NCBI GenBank assembly: GCA_964630375.1
Contig: CAZVRT010000003.1
Location: 41,972 to 105,971 of the forward strand
DNA length: 64,000 bases
Direction: 5' to 3'
Origin: an uncultured Candidatus Saccharibacteria bacterium
Lineage (GTDB): Bacteria > Patescibacteriota > Minisyncoccia > Phycocordibacterales > JAACPR01
A program made the translations under genes and the position numbers. Positions 38,147 to 45,985 of the stretch are shown here, piece after piece. The notes under the pieces are model-generated. The model worked only from the letters and a program-made list of their open reading frames with translations. It was not told the DNA's origin and searched no databases. Numbering within the stretch: position 1 is the stretch's first letter; the number at the start of each line of letters is the position of its first letter.

Positions 38147-38966
38147 TTAAATTAAAGAAAAGTGCGAGACCTAAAACATCTAGAGGAACAAAAAACAAAA
38201 TCAGTGTTCCAATAATTAAAAACGGCGCGAAAGGAATCTCAGACTTAATTGTAATATTATGACCCTTGATATTCAATCGAGAAACTAACATAAGCAAAAT
38301 TGCATAAATTGCTCCAATCCAAAAAGCTAAAATAATTGCAGAGAGACCAGAAACAAAACCTAAAAGAAAACCGATACCAATAGCTAATTTCCCATCGCCC
38401 AACCCAATCCATCTTCCGCCAGAAAAAAACCACAACAAAAAGAAAGGGATAAAAAATATGAACCCGGCAAACACATCAAAATAATAAGGAAATTTAAGCC
38501 AAAAATCGTAAGGAATTGTTATCAAAGTCAAAACAAAAGCCAAACTGCTAAAAACATAAACCAGAGAATTTGGAATTATAGTATGACGCAAATCATAAAC
38601 AAAAATCACAACTAAAATACTCCAGATTATTAAATAAAAAATTAATTGAATTATTCCTAAAACAGGAACATTTTCTATAATTGGCAATTGTTTCAAAAAA
38701 ACTCCAAAGAAAATTAAAGCTGTCGAAATTTCAACCAAGGGATATTGCCAAGAGACTTTTGACTTACAACCAGCGCATCTGGTTTTAAGTGCAAAGAAAG
38801 AAACAACCGGAATTAATTCATGCCAGTGAAGTTGTTTGTTGCAACTCAAGCAACCAGATCGTCCGTTTAATCCTCGACCTGTATTCATTCTTAAAATAAC
38901 AACATTCAAAAAACTTCCAATTATCGCACCAAGTATTAAAAAGAAAATTGAAAATATAATAGTCAT
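38139..38966 (-). CDS. Prepilin peptidase (A24 family, PilD-like)
   Basis: Zn-binding CLSC...CAGC box and a multi-TM body, directly downstream of the pilin genes. Confidence 0.8.
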   Translation of the reverse strand: MTIIFSIFFLILGAIIGSFLNVVILRMNTGRGLNGRSGCLSCNKQLHWHELIPVVSFFALKTRCAGCKSKVSWQYPLVEISTALIFFGVFLKQLPIIENVPVLGIIQLIFYLIIWSILVVIFVYDLRHTIIPNSLVYVFSSLAFVLTLITIPYDFWLKFPYYFDVFAGFIFFIPFFLLWFFSGGRWIGLGDGKLAIGIGFLLGFVSGLSAIILAFWIGAIYAILLMLVSRLNIKGHNITIKSEIPFAPFLIIGTLILFFVPLDVLGLALFFNLNV

Positions 38967-39374
38967 TTAATTACAATTAGAACCCGTGATCGCATCTTCA
39001 AGATCGTCATATGATTTTGCAGCACCATTTGCATCCACACAAAAAGCTCCAGATGAAATAGCTGAAGCAATTGCCCAACTTGAAGTATCATCCGTACAAA
39101 CAACATCTTCTCCACCATTTAAACTTTCTACTTCTGAAATTGCATTTTGAATTGAAGAGTTGTCACAAACATTTGAAAATCCGGAACCAGGCGCATAAAG
39201 CAATTCTGCTTGTGTTCTCATATTCACTAAGTTTGATTTAATCGCTGCATCATTTCCTTTTCCTCTAGCACTCGACAACGAAGCTAAGACCACTGAACTT
39301 AAAACTCCTATGATAGCAATAACAACCAAAAGTTCGATAAGAGTAAAGCCTTTGTTGTTGCTTAATTTTGTCAT
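38967..39374 (-). CDS. Type IV pilin (PilA-like)
   Basis: NKGFTLIELLVVIAIIGVLSSVVLASL. Confidence 0.8.
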   Translation of the reverse strand: MTKLSNNKGFTLIELLVVIAIIGVLSSVVLASLSSARGKGNDAAIKSNLVNMRTQAELLYAPGSGFSNVCDNSSIQNAISEVESLNGGEDVVCTDDTSSWAIASAISSGAFCVDANGAAKSYDDLEDAITGSNCN

Positions 39375-39407
39375 ACTAAATTTTATTAAATAATTATAAC
39401 ACAGGCC

Positions 39408-39623
39408 AAAAATCTATTATTAGTTAACTAATTTATTTAAATAAATATATGAATAGAAATAGAGGTTTTACATTGATTGAATTGCTTGTAGTGATCGCTA
39501 TCATCGGTATTCTTTCTTCAGTTGTGTTGGCTTCATTGAACACAGCTCGAGGTAAAGGAGAAGATGCTGCAAAGAAAGCGAACCTTTCAAACGCAAGAGC
39601 ACAGGCTGAACTTTATTATGATA
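39408..39623. repeat. Left arm of a perfect 216-bp inverted repeat (promoter region plus the first 58 codons of a pilin gene)
   Basis: Hand-checked identical to the reverse complement of 40161-40376. Confidence 0.8.
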
Positions 39624-39850
39624 GTCATAGTAATAGTTATGCGGGAGTTTGTGGAAGTGAAGGAATAGAAGCTAATGTTTCTGCAGCAGGTGGAACATGT
39701 ACTGCTGATGCAGATGGATGGACTGCGACTACTGCATTGTCATCAGGTAGTTTCTGTGTGGATAGCACAGGAGCAGCTACTGTAGCTTCTTCTACAGTTT
39801 CGAATGGAACAACTTGGACAGTGGGCACTCATGATTGTGCTTCTCTGTAA
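39449..39850 (+). CDS. Type IV pilin (PilA-like), variant A
   Basis: MNRNRGFTLIELLVVIAIIGILSS... The first 58 aa are identical to the convergent gene at 39925-40335. Confidence 0.8.
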   Translation: MNRNRGFTLIELLVVIAIIGILSSVVLASLNTARGKGEDAAKKANLSNARAQAELYYDSHSNSYAGVCGSEGIEANVSAAGGTCTADADGWTATTALSSGSFCVDSTGAATVASSTVSNGTTWTVGTHDCASL

Positions 39851-39867
39851 TCACTTTTAGTGTAAAA

Positions 39868-39898
39868 ACAAAAAAACCGACGTTAGCCGGTTTTTTTG
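39868..39898. terminator. Bidirectional terminator between the two convergent pilin genes
   Basis: aaaaaaaccgacgttagccggttttttt. Confidence 0.6.
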
Positions 39899-39924
39899 TT
39901 TTTTTGAATCAACCTAAACTAAAT

Positions 39925-40335
39925 CTAGTTACACAAAGATGCTGCCATTGTAGTTGAAGCAACTCCGGCAAATCCTGTACTATCCACACAAAAAATACCG
40001 TTTGATCCGCTCAAGTTTGCTTTTGCAACCCAAGTAGATTCATTAGCCCAACATTGTCCACCAGCTGCATCAACAGCAGCTCCAATTGTATCAGCCCCTG
40101 TTCCACATACTCCAGAATTTTCTGTTAAAGAAGATTGGTCTGAGTATTCATTATCATTATTATCATAATAAAGTTCAGCCTGTGCTCTTGCGTTTGAAAG
40201 GTTCGCTTTCTTTGCAGCATCTTCTCCTTTACCTCGAGCTGTGTTCAATGAAGCCAACACAACTGAAGAAAGAATACCGATGATAGCGATCACTACAAGC
40301 AATTCAATCAATGTAAAACCTCTATTTCTATTCAT
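39925..40335 (-). CDS. Type IV pilin (PilA-like), variant B
   Basis: The same 58-aa N-terminus as variant A, with a different C-terminal globular domain. Confidence 0.8.
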   Translation of the reverse strand: MNRNRGFTLIELLVVIAIIGILSSVVLASLNTARGKGEDAAKKANLSNARAQAELYYDNNDNEYSDQSSLTENSGVCGTGADTIGAAVDAAGGQCWANESTWVAKANLSGSNGIFCVDSTGFAGVASTTMAASLCN

Positions 40336-40376
40336 ATATTTATTTAAATAAATTAGTTAACTAATAATAGATTTTT
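40161..40376. repeat. Right arm of the 216-bp inverted repeat
   Basis: Reverse complement of 39408-39623. Confidence 0.8.
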
Positions 40377-40440
40377 AAAGCAAAATCTACTGGTTTTAAT
40401 TATAGACCCACAAATAGGGCTACAGGCTTCTTATCCACAA

Positions 40441-41346
40441 TTAATTTTCAATGGCTTTTTCAGCTAATTTTTTTGCTCCACCCAAACTCTTTGCCACAGC
40501 CAAAAATAACCCTCGATGACAAAATACCGCATCTTCCACACCAGAAACTTTTTGCAATTCTTCATCTCGCAAACCTCCCCACTCCGCAGGAAATTGTTTT
40601 CTCACAGGAAAATCGTCAATTTTTATTCTAATTCCTTTCACACTCCATTGATCACTTTCTTCTCGGTATCTTATAGAAAATAAAACATCCGTTTTTTCAA
40701 ACAATACTCTTGAAACATCTTCATCTGAAAATTGCCACTCTTTATCCAAAACAACAATTCTTTTATCTTCTGCTTTTTCATACGCTTTCAAAACAAATTC
40801 TTCAGCTTCAAATGAATGTGTTGCTCTTAAAATTTCTCGCTCCAAAATCTGCTTCACAAATTTTACCGCTTTAAAAAACGCTTCATCGAAATCTTCTTTT
40901 TCTTTCCAACTTGGCATAAAAGAATAAAGCATTGATTGTGCTAAATAAGGAGAAACACCGTAAGTTTCATTGATTGAAAATGTTGTGATGCCGTTGTCGC
41001 CGGCGTCGATTGATTGGACGATTTTGTTTTCGATGTACTGCCAAACGCGGTCGTTGCAGAGCCGGCGACCGAAATGTTTCCAAATCAAACCGAAACTCGC
41101 ATACGGAATTCCATTTTCTCTCACACCCGCCCCTTCTTTTTGATGATGATCAAATCTATTTTTTTCAGCATCATAAACATTACCAACATCCAAAACAATA
41201 TCCGCTTTCTCTATCAATTCTTCATCTCGAGTTCTTGTAACTTTTATTTTTCCATCAAAAGCTAAATCCAAAGTCGCAACAGCAAAAACATCATCAGCAT
41301 GAAATCTAGAATTATGCGTAACAACTTTTATTTTCTTTCCAAACAT
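40441..41346 (-). CDS. MYG1/UPF0160 family metal-dependent hydrolase
   Basis: VVTHNSRFHADDVFA...DHHQ. Confidence 0.8.
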   Translation of the reverse strand: MFGKKIKVVTHNSRFHADDVFAVATLDLAFDGKIKVTRTRDEELIEKADIVLDVGNVYDAEKNRFDHHQKEGAGVRENGIPYASFGLIWKHFGRRLCNDRVWQYIENKIVQSIDAGDNGITTFSINETYGVSPYLAQSMLYSFMPSWKEKEDFDEAFFKAVKFVKQILEREILRATHSFEAEEFVLKAYEKAEDKRIVVLDKEWQFSDEDVSRVLFEKTDVLFSIRYREESDQWSVKGIRIKIDDFPVRKQFPAEWGGLRDEELQKVSGVEDAVFCHRGLFLAVAKSLGGAKKLAEKAIEN

Positions 41347-41353
41347 TTTTATT

Positions 41354-42517
41354 TTATCTATTCAAAGAATTACCCCAACGAACTTTTTCATACAAATAAA
41401 CCCAAATCGCACCGAACGCCGCCAAAATAAATACAAATCTTGTAGCATCACCTAATGTCGGTACAAACTGAAGCAAAGTCAAAAATGTTATACCAATAGC
41501 CGCTGTCTGAAATGAAACTTCAATGTTGTCACTTTTAGAAAATGCTTTTTTCATAAACGCTCCTAGTGCAATTCCCGCAATCGAATTTGAAATTATAAAA
41601 GCTCCCAAATAAATCATAAAAATCAAACCTCCGACCGGCAGCAAAATCAAACTAATCAATGAAATCACAACAATTATCGGAATAAAAATCAAACAAACCA
41701 AACCAACCAACAGACTTTTCCAAAATGATTTTAGTGTCTGAGTCGCTGTTTTTTGTGAGAAAATCTTGAACACATACACAAGAATGAATGTCAGCACTAA
41801 TGAAGTTATAAATCTAAACAACATCCAAAAATTTAAGAAACTTACAATTGAATGTTTAACCAAACCATTTTCTCTCAATGAATCTACTTTATTAAAATTT
41901 ATTGAACCGCTAACTTTTGCACCATCCTCCACATGAGCTTGTCGTGGAGAAAAATAACTCATCTCTCCACTAACTTCAGCATCTTTCAAAACTTGAATAT
42001 TCTCAGAAGTAATATTTGCAGTTCCTAAAACTTTTCCAGAAATAATTGTAGATCGAGAAACAATTCTGATGTGTCTTTCAGAAGTGTTATTCAAATGAAC
42101 AATTCCTCCAATCAAAATAATATCTCCTCCAATTTTTACATTTTCATTTAGAGTGATGTTTCCACCGATAACAACCAAATCTCCAGAAACATCATTTTCA
42201 ATTATCACATCACCACCAATAAGCCTTACATCACCATTGATTTTTCCGGTAGTTTTTATATCCGCACCAAATGACAAAAAGTCTCCGTTGATATTTCCGA
42301 CAGCCTCAACTTTATTTCCAGTAGCAAAAACATCACCATTTACCATTCCGGCAATTTTTGGATCAGTTCCAACCAGATACACATTTTCAGATAAAACCTC
42401 CTGTCCAGAAACACTGGCGTTTTTATCTGTTCTTATTGTTGCTGCGCTAGAGTTTTGAGGTGCAAATAATATGCAAAATAGAATCATTAAAGCCAAAACT
42501 AGAGAAGTTTTTCGCAT
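41354..42517 (-). CDS. Beta-helical repeat (bactofilin/DUF4097-like) protein with signal peptide and a C-terminal 4-TM anchor
   Basis: Tandem repeats NGDVRLIGGDVIIENDVSGDLVVIGGNITLNENVKIGGDIILIGG, then four hydrophobic helices. Confidence 0.4.
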   Translation of the reverse strand: MRKTSLVLALMILFCILFAPQNSSAATIRTDKNASVSGQEVLSENVYLVGTDPKIAGMVNGDVFATGNKVEAVGNINGDFLSFGADIKTTGKINGDVRLIGGDVIIENDVSGDLVVIGGNITLNENVKIGGDIILIGGIVHLNNTSERHIRIVSRSTIISGKVLGTANITSENIQVLKDAEVSGEMSYFSPRQAHVEDGAKVSGSINFNKVDSLRENGLVKHSIVSFLNFWMLFRFITSLVLTFILVYVFKIFSQKTATQTLKSFWKSLLVGLVCLIFIPIIVVISLISLILLPVGGLIFMIYLGAFIISNSIAGIALGAFMKKAFSKSDNIEVSFQTAAIGITFLTLLQFVPTLGDATRFVFILAAFGAIWVYLYEKVRWGNSLNR

Positions 42518-42549
42518 GAAAATAATATATCACTATATTTATTTATTTT

Positions 42550-45045
42550 CTAGTTCTTCAAAACCCAACCTTCTTTAAGCATTTCTTCTGCTTTTTTCCA
42601 TTTTACTTCTCGAACTTCGCCATCTTTTTCCATTTTCACAATTTCATTTCTACCAAAAGCTTGTACCGAAACCGAAGAATCAGTTTCGCTCGTGATTTGT
42701 TGAGCCTTTTGCATTGTTTGTTTCAACTTTTCTTCTTCTCTTGCAAAAGCACCAGCACCGATATGTGGCAAGTGATTTATGATATTTTGATCAACTCCAG
42801 CAAGCATGTCGTTGTAAAGTCTCAAACCCTCTTTTTTATATTCAATTAAAGGATCTCTCTGACCATAAGCACGCAAGTTTACACTTGATCTCAAGTAGCT
42901 CATCATTTCCAAATGCTCAATCCAGAAGTTATCAATTGATTGCAACATCAATCTTCGCACTGCTCCAATCCATTCATCTTCGCTCATTGAAGATTTTTTA
43001 GATTCAATCACAATCGCACAATTACCATCAACTTTTACAAGTCTTTCCAATTCTGAATTGATGTACGTAACATCACCCAAAAGAAGTTTTCTTCTTCGTT
43101 CGTAAATTGATTTTCTTTGTGTGTTCAATACGTTATCAAATTCCAAAATATGCTTTCTAGCATCAAAGTTGAAACCTTCAATTTTTGTTTGTGCTGACTC
43201 CAAAGATCGAGTAATCATTTTATTTTCAATAGGTTGATCTTCCGGCAATCCCAATTTACCCATCAAAGTTTTAATTCCTGAGTTTGCAAAAATTCTCATC
43301 AATGAATCATCCAGAGAAACAAAGAATTGTGTCTCTCCTGGATCACCTTGCCGTCCCGAACGACCTCGCAATTGATTATCAATTCTTCTTGCTTCGTGTC
43401 TTTCAGTTCCCATCACAAACAAACCTCCCAAATCTTTTACTTCTTTATATTTTTCTTCATCATACGGAGCACCTCCTAAAATAATATCGACTCCTCTACC
43501 GGCCATATTTGTCGCAATTGTCACTCCGCCTTTTCTACCGGCTTGCGCAACAATTTGCCCTTCTTGTTCGTGATTCTTTGCATTCAAAACTTGATGTGGA
43601 ATTCCTTGGCTCGCCAAAAATCCAGAAAGAAGCTCGTTTGTTTCGATTGAAACTGTACCAATCAGGATTGGTTGTCCTTTTGAGTGAACTTCTTTTACTT
43701 TATTTGCAATAGCAGCAAATTTACCTTTTTGAGTTTGGAAAATTAAATCATCTCTATCAAATCTTATTGTTGGTGTATTTGGCGGAACGGTTACAACATC
43801 AAGATTATAAACTTTCAGAAATTCTTCGGCATTTGTTTTTGCAGTACCTGACATACCAGAAAGTTTTTTATACATTCTGAAATAATTTTGATATGTAATT
43901 GAAGCGTAAGTTCTTGATTCTTGTTGAATTTTTACACCTTCTTTTGCTTCAATTGCCTGGTGAAGACCTTCAGACCATCTTCGTCCTGGTTGCATTCTTC
44001 CAGTAAATTCATCAACAATAATTACTTCATTGTCACGAACAACATATTGCTTATCATTTTTAAACAAAGCCTTGGCTCTAATAGCTGTCTCGAGATGATG
44101 AACATACTTCACACCCATTTCTGTATAAATATTTTCAATACCCAAAGATTTTTCTGCTTTATCAATTCCGGCATCAGTAATAGAAATTGCTTTCAATTTT
44201 TCATCTACAGTAAAATCTTCATCTTCTTTCATTTGTTCTGCGATTCGCGCAAATACTTGATACAAATCTTGAGAATCATTTGCAGGTGCAGAAATAATAA
44301 GAGGGGTTCTAGCTTCATCAATCAAAATAGAGTCAATTTCATCAACAACAGCAAAGTTATGTTCTCGTTGTCTTAAAGATGAAACATTGTATTCAATATT
44401 GTCTCGCAAATAATCAAAACCAAATTCGCTGTTTGTTCCATAAGTAATGTCAGCAAGATAAGCTTCTCTTCTTGAAACTGGTCTCAAAAATTCGTGAACA
44501 ATCTTGAAAGAACCTTTTTCATCTCTTTCTTCATCTAAATTCCTGTGATTAGGGTCGTACAAGAAAGAACCAGATTGTGTTATTACACCAACACTTAATC
44601 CAAGTGCATCGTGAATTTGTCCCATCCACACAGCATCTCTTTGAGAAAGATAATCGTTTACAGTAACAACATGAACTCCTTTTTCTTCTAGTGCATTCAA
44701 ATATGAAGGCAAAGTCGCCATAAGAGTTTTTCCTTCTCCTGTTCTCATCTCTGCAAGGTTTCCATCGTTAAGAATCATTCCTCCGATCATTTGAACATCA
44801 AAATGTCTTTTTCCTAAAACTCTTTTAGAAGATTCTCTTACCAAAGCAAAAGCTTCTGGCAAAATATCATTTAGAGTATTTCCTTTTTTTAGTTTTTCTT
44901 TTAACTCCAGAGTCTTTGCTTTTAATTCTTCAGCTGTTAATTTCTCAAAATCTTCCTCAAAAGAATTTATAACTGGAAGAAGCCCTCGATACTTATCAAG
45001 CATCTTTTCGTTTTCATTCTTGAATATTTTACTTAAAAAACTCAT
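42550..45045 (-). CDS. secA: Preprotein translocase ATPase SecA
   Basis: Start taken at MSFLSKIF. DEAD-like motor, preprotein cross-linking domain and helical scaffold; the GxGKT motif MRTGEGKTL is present. Confidence 0.95.
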   Translation of the reverse strand: MSFLSKIFKNENEKMLDKYRGLLPVINSFEEDFEKLTAEELKAKTLELKEKLKKGNTLNDILPEAFALVRESSKRVLGKRHFDVQMIGGMILNDGNLAEMRTGEGKTLMATLPSYLNALEEKGVHVVTVNDYLSQRDAVWMGQIHDALGLSVGVITQSGSFLYDPNHRNLDEERDEKGSFKIVHEFLRPVSRREAYLADITYGTNSEFGFDYLRDNIEYNVSSLRQREHNFAVVDEIDSILIDEARTPLIISAPANDSQDLYQVFARIAEQMKEDEDFTVDEKLKAISITDAGIDKAEKSLGIENIYTEMGVKYVHHLETAIRAKALFKNDKQYVVRDNEVIIVDEFTGRMQPGRRWSEGLHQAIEAKEGVKIQQESRTYASITYQNYFRMYKKLSGMSGTAKTNAEEFLKVYNLDVVTVPPNTPTIRFDRDDLIFQTQKGKFAAIANKVKEVHSKGQPILIGTVSIETNELLSGFLASQGIPHQVLNAKNHEQEGQIVAQAGRKGGVTIATNMAGRGVDIILGGAPYDEEKYKEVKDLGGLFVMGTERHEARRIDNQLRGRSGRQGDPGETQFFVSLDDSLMRIFANSGIKTLMGKLGLPEDQPIENKMITRSLESAQTKIEGFNFDARKHILEFDNVLNTQRKSIYERRRKLLLGDVTYINSELERLVKVDGNCAIVIESKKSSMSEDEWIGAVRRLMLQSIDNFWIEHLEMMSYLRSSVNLRAYGQRDPLIEYKKEGLRLYNDMLAGVDQNIINHLPHIGAGAFAREEEKLKQTMQKAQQITSETDSSVSVQAFGRNEIVKMEKDGEVREVKWKKAEEMLKEGWVLKN

Positions 45046-45067
45046 AGAACAGCATATTAACATAAAA

Positions 45068-45101
45068 CACCCTCTACGGCGACATAGAGGGTGTTTTATT
45101 T
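45068..45101 (-). terminator. Terminator after the lysine-rich gene
   Basis: aaaacaccctctacggcgacatagagggtgtttt. Confidence 0.5.
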
Positions 45102-45121
45102 AATTAGACTAAGCTCGATAA

Positions 45122-45301
45122 CTATCGGCTCTTTTTTGTTGTCTTCTTTTTTGTAGCCGGTCGTTTTGTTGCTTTTTTTACAGTCTTCTTAGCAGCTTTC
45201 TTTACTGGTTTTTTTGCTGCCTTCTTCACTGTTTTTTTCACAACTTTTTTAGTAGCTTTTTTTGGAGCTGCTTTTTTTGTTGTCTTTTTTCTTGCTGGCA
45301 T
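45122..45301 (-). CDS. 59-aa lysine/alanine-rich histone H1/HU-tail-like basic protein (below the ORF-track size cut-off)
   Basis: My own translation: MPARKKTTKKAAPKKATKKVVKKTVKKAAKKPVKKAAKKTVKKATKRPATKKKTTKKSR. ATG at 45299-45301, stop at 45122-45124. Confidence 0.5.
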   Translation of the reverse strand: MPARKKTTKKAAPKKATKKVVKKTVKKAAKKPVKKAAKKTVKKATKRPATKKKTTKKSR

Positions 45302-45467
45302 GTGACTTTTGAATTATTTTTTTTAAATAATAATCGACCTCTATGTATTTAATTATCTGATACAAAAAAATACTTACAATATTTTTTTTAAAAAAAGTGT
45401 GGATAAACTTTTTTAAAATTTTTTCAAAAATTTTTTTTAAAAAAAAATATTTTTTGATTACGACACA

Positions 45468-45539
45468 AAAAATAATTACTAAAATTTTTTCCAGTCCTCG
45501 GCTTTGCCTGCGGAAGAAAAAATTTTAGTAATTATTTTT
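45468..45539. repeat. Perfect 23-bp inverted repeat around a 26-nt GC-rich core
   Basis: aaaaataattactaaaatttttt [ccagtcctcggctttgcctgcggaag] aaaaaattttagtaattattttt. Confidence 0.6.
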
Positions 45540-45582
45540 ATTTATTAAAGTAATAATAATTTTTGAAAATTATAAATAAAAA

Positions 45583-45612
45583 AACTTCGCAATTTTGTTT
45601 GCGAAGTTTTTT
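45583..45612. terminator. Terminator-like 10-bp hairpin flanked by A and T runs
   Basis: aacttcgcaa ttttgt ttgcgaagtt. Confidence 0.45.
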
Positions 45613-45880
45613 AATTTTTTTGTTCACGACACGACACGACCGACAGGTACGAAACTCCAAATTGAATATCTTATGTGAGTGCAGCTGTCGGTCATGTCGA
45701 ATAACGAACTTTATAAATTATACAAAAAGAATTTTTTTTAACAACATACAGACAAGCCAATAAATTTAATCGAAATTTTACTTTTATTTTATTTGTTGTT
45801 TATCAGAAGTATTTAAGATAAAAAATGGTTTAAATATAGATACGGGATAAGGGGATAATATGTATAGTATATAATAAGAG

Positions 45881-45908
45881 AAAAGCCCCGCCGAAGGCGG
45901 GGCTTTTC
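45881..45908 (-). terminator. Terminator after the O-antigen-ligase-like gene
   Basis: aaaagccccgccgaaggcggggctttt. Confidence 0.65.
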
Positions 45909-45985
45909 AGTGATATTCATTTGGATGTCGCGTACCGCAACACTCACAACATATATACTAACATGTTTTAAAAATATTGCAAGTA

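Noticed and set aside
39624-40160. Pilin phase or antigenic variation by inversion of the segment between the 216-bp inverted repeats
   Set aside because: Both repeat arms carry identical promoters and N-terminal coding sequence, so inversion regenerates the same two proteins. It is kept as a finding for recombination and concerted evolution only.
45397-45405. Chromosomal origin (oriC) at the single perfect DnaA box TTATCCACA in the AT-rich intergenic region
   Set aside because: Only one box was seen. There is no dnaA or dnaN nearby and no cluster of boxes.
45563-45763. 66-aa plus-strand ORF in the AT-rich intergenic region
   Set aside because: It lies within hairpin and terminator elements. 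Its composition looks like translated AT-rich non-coding DNA.
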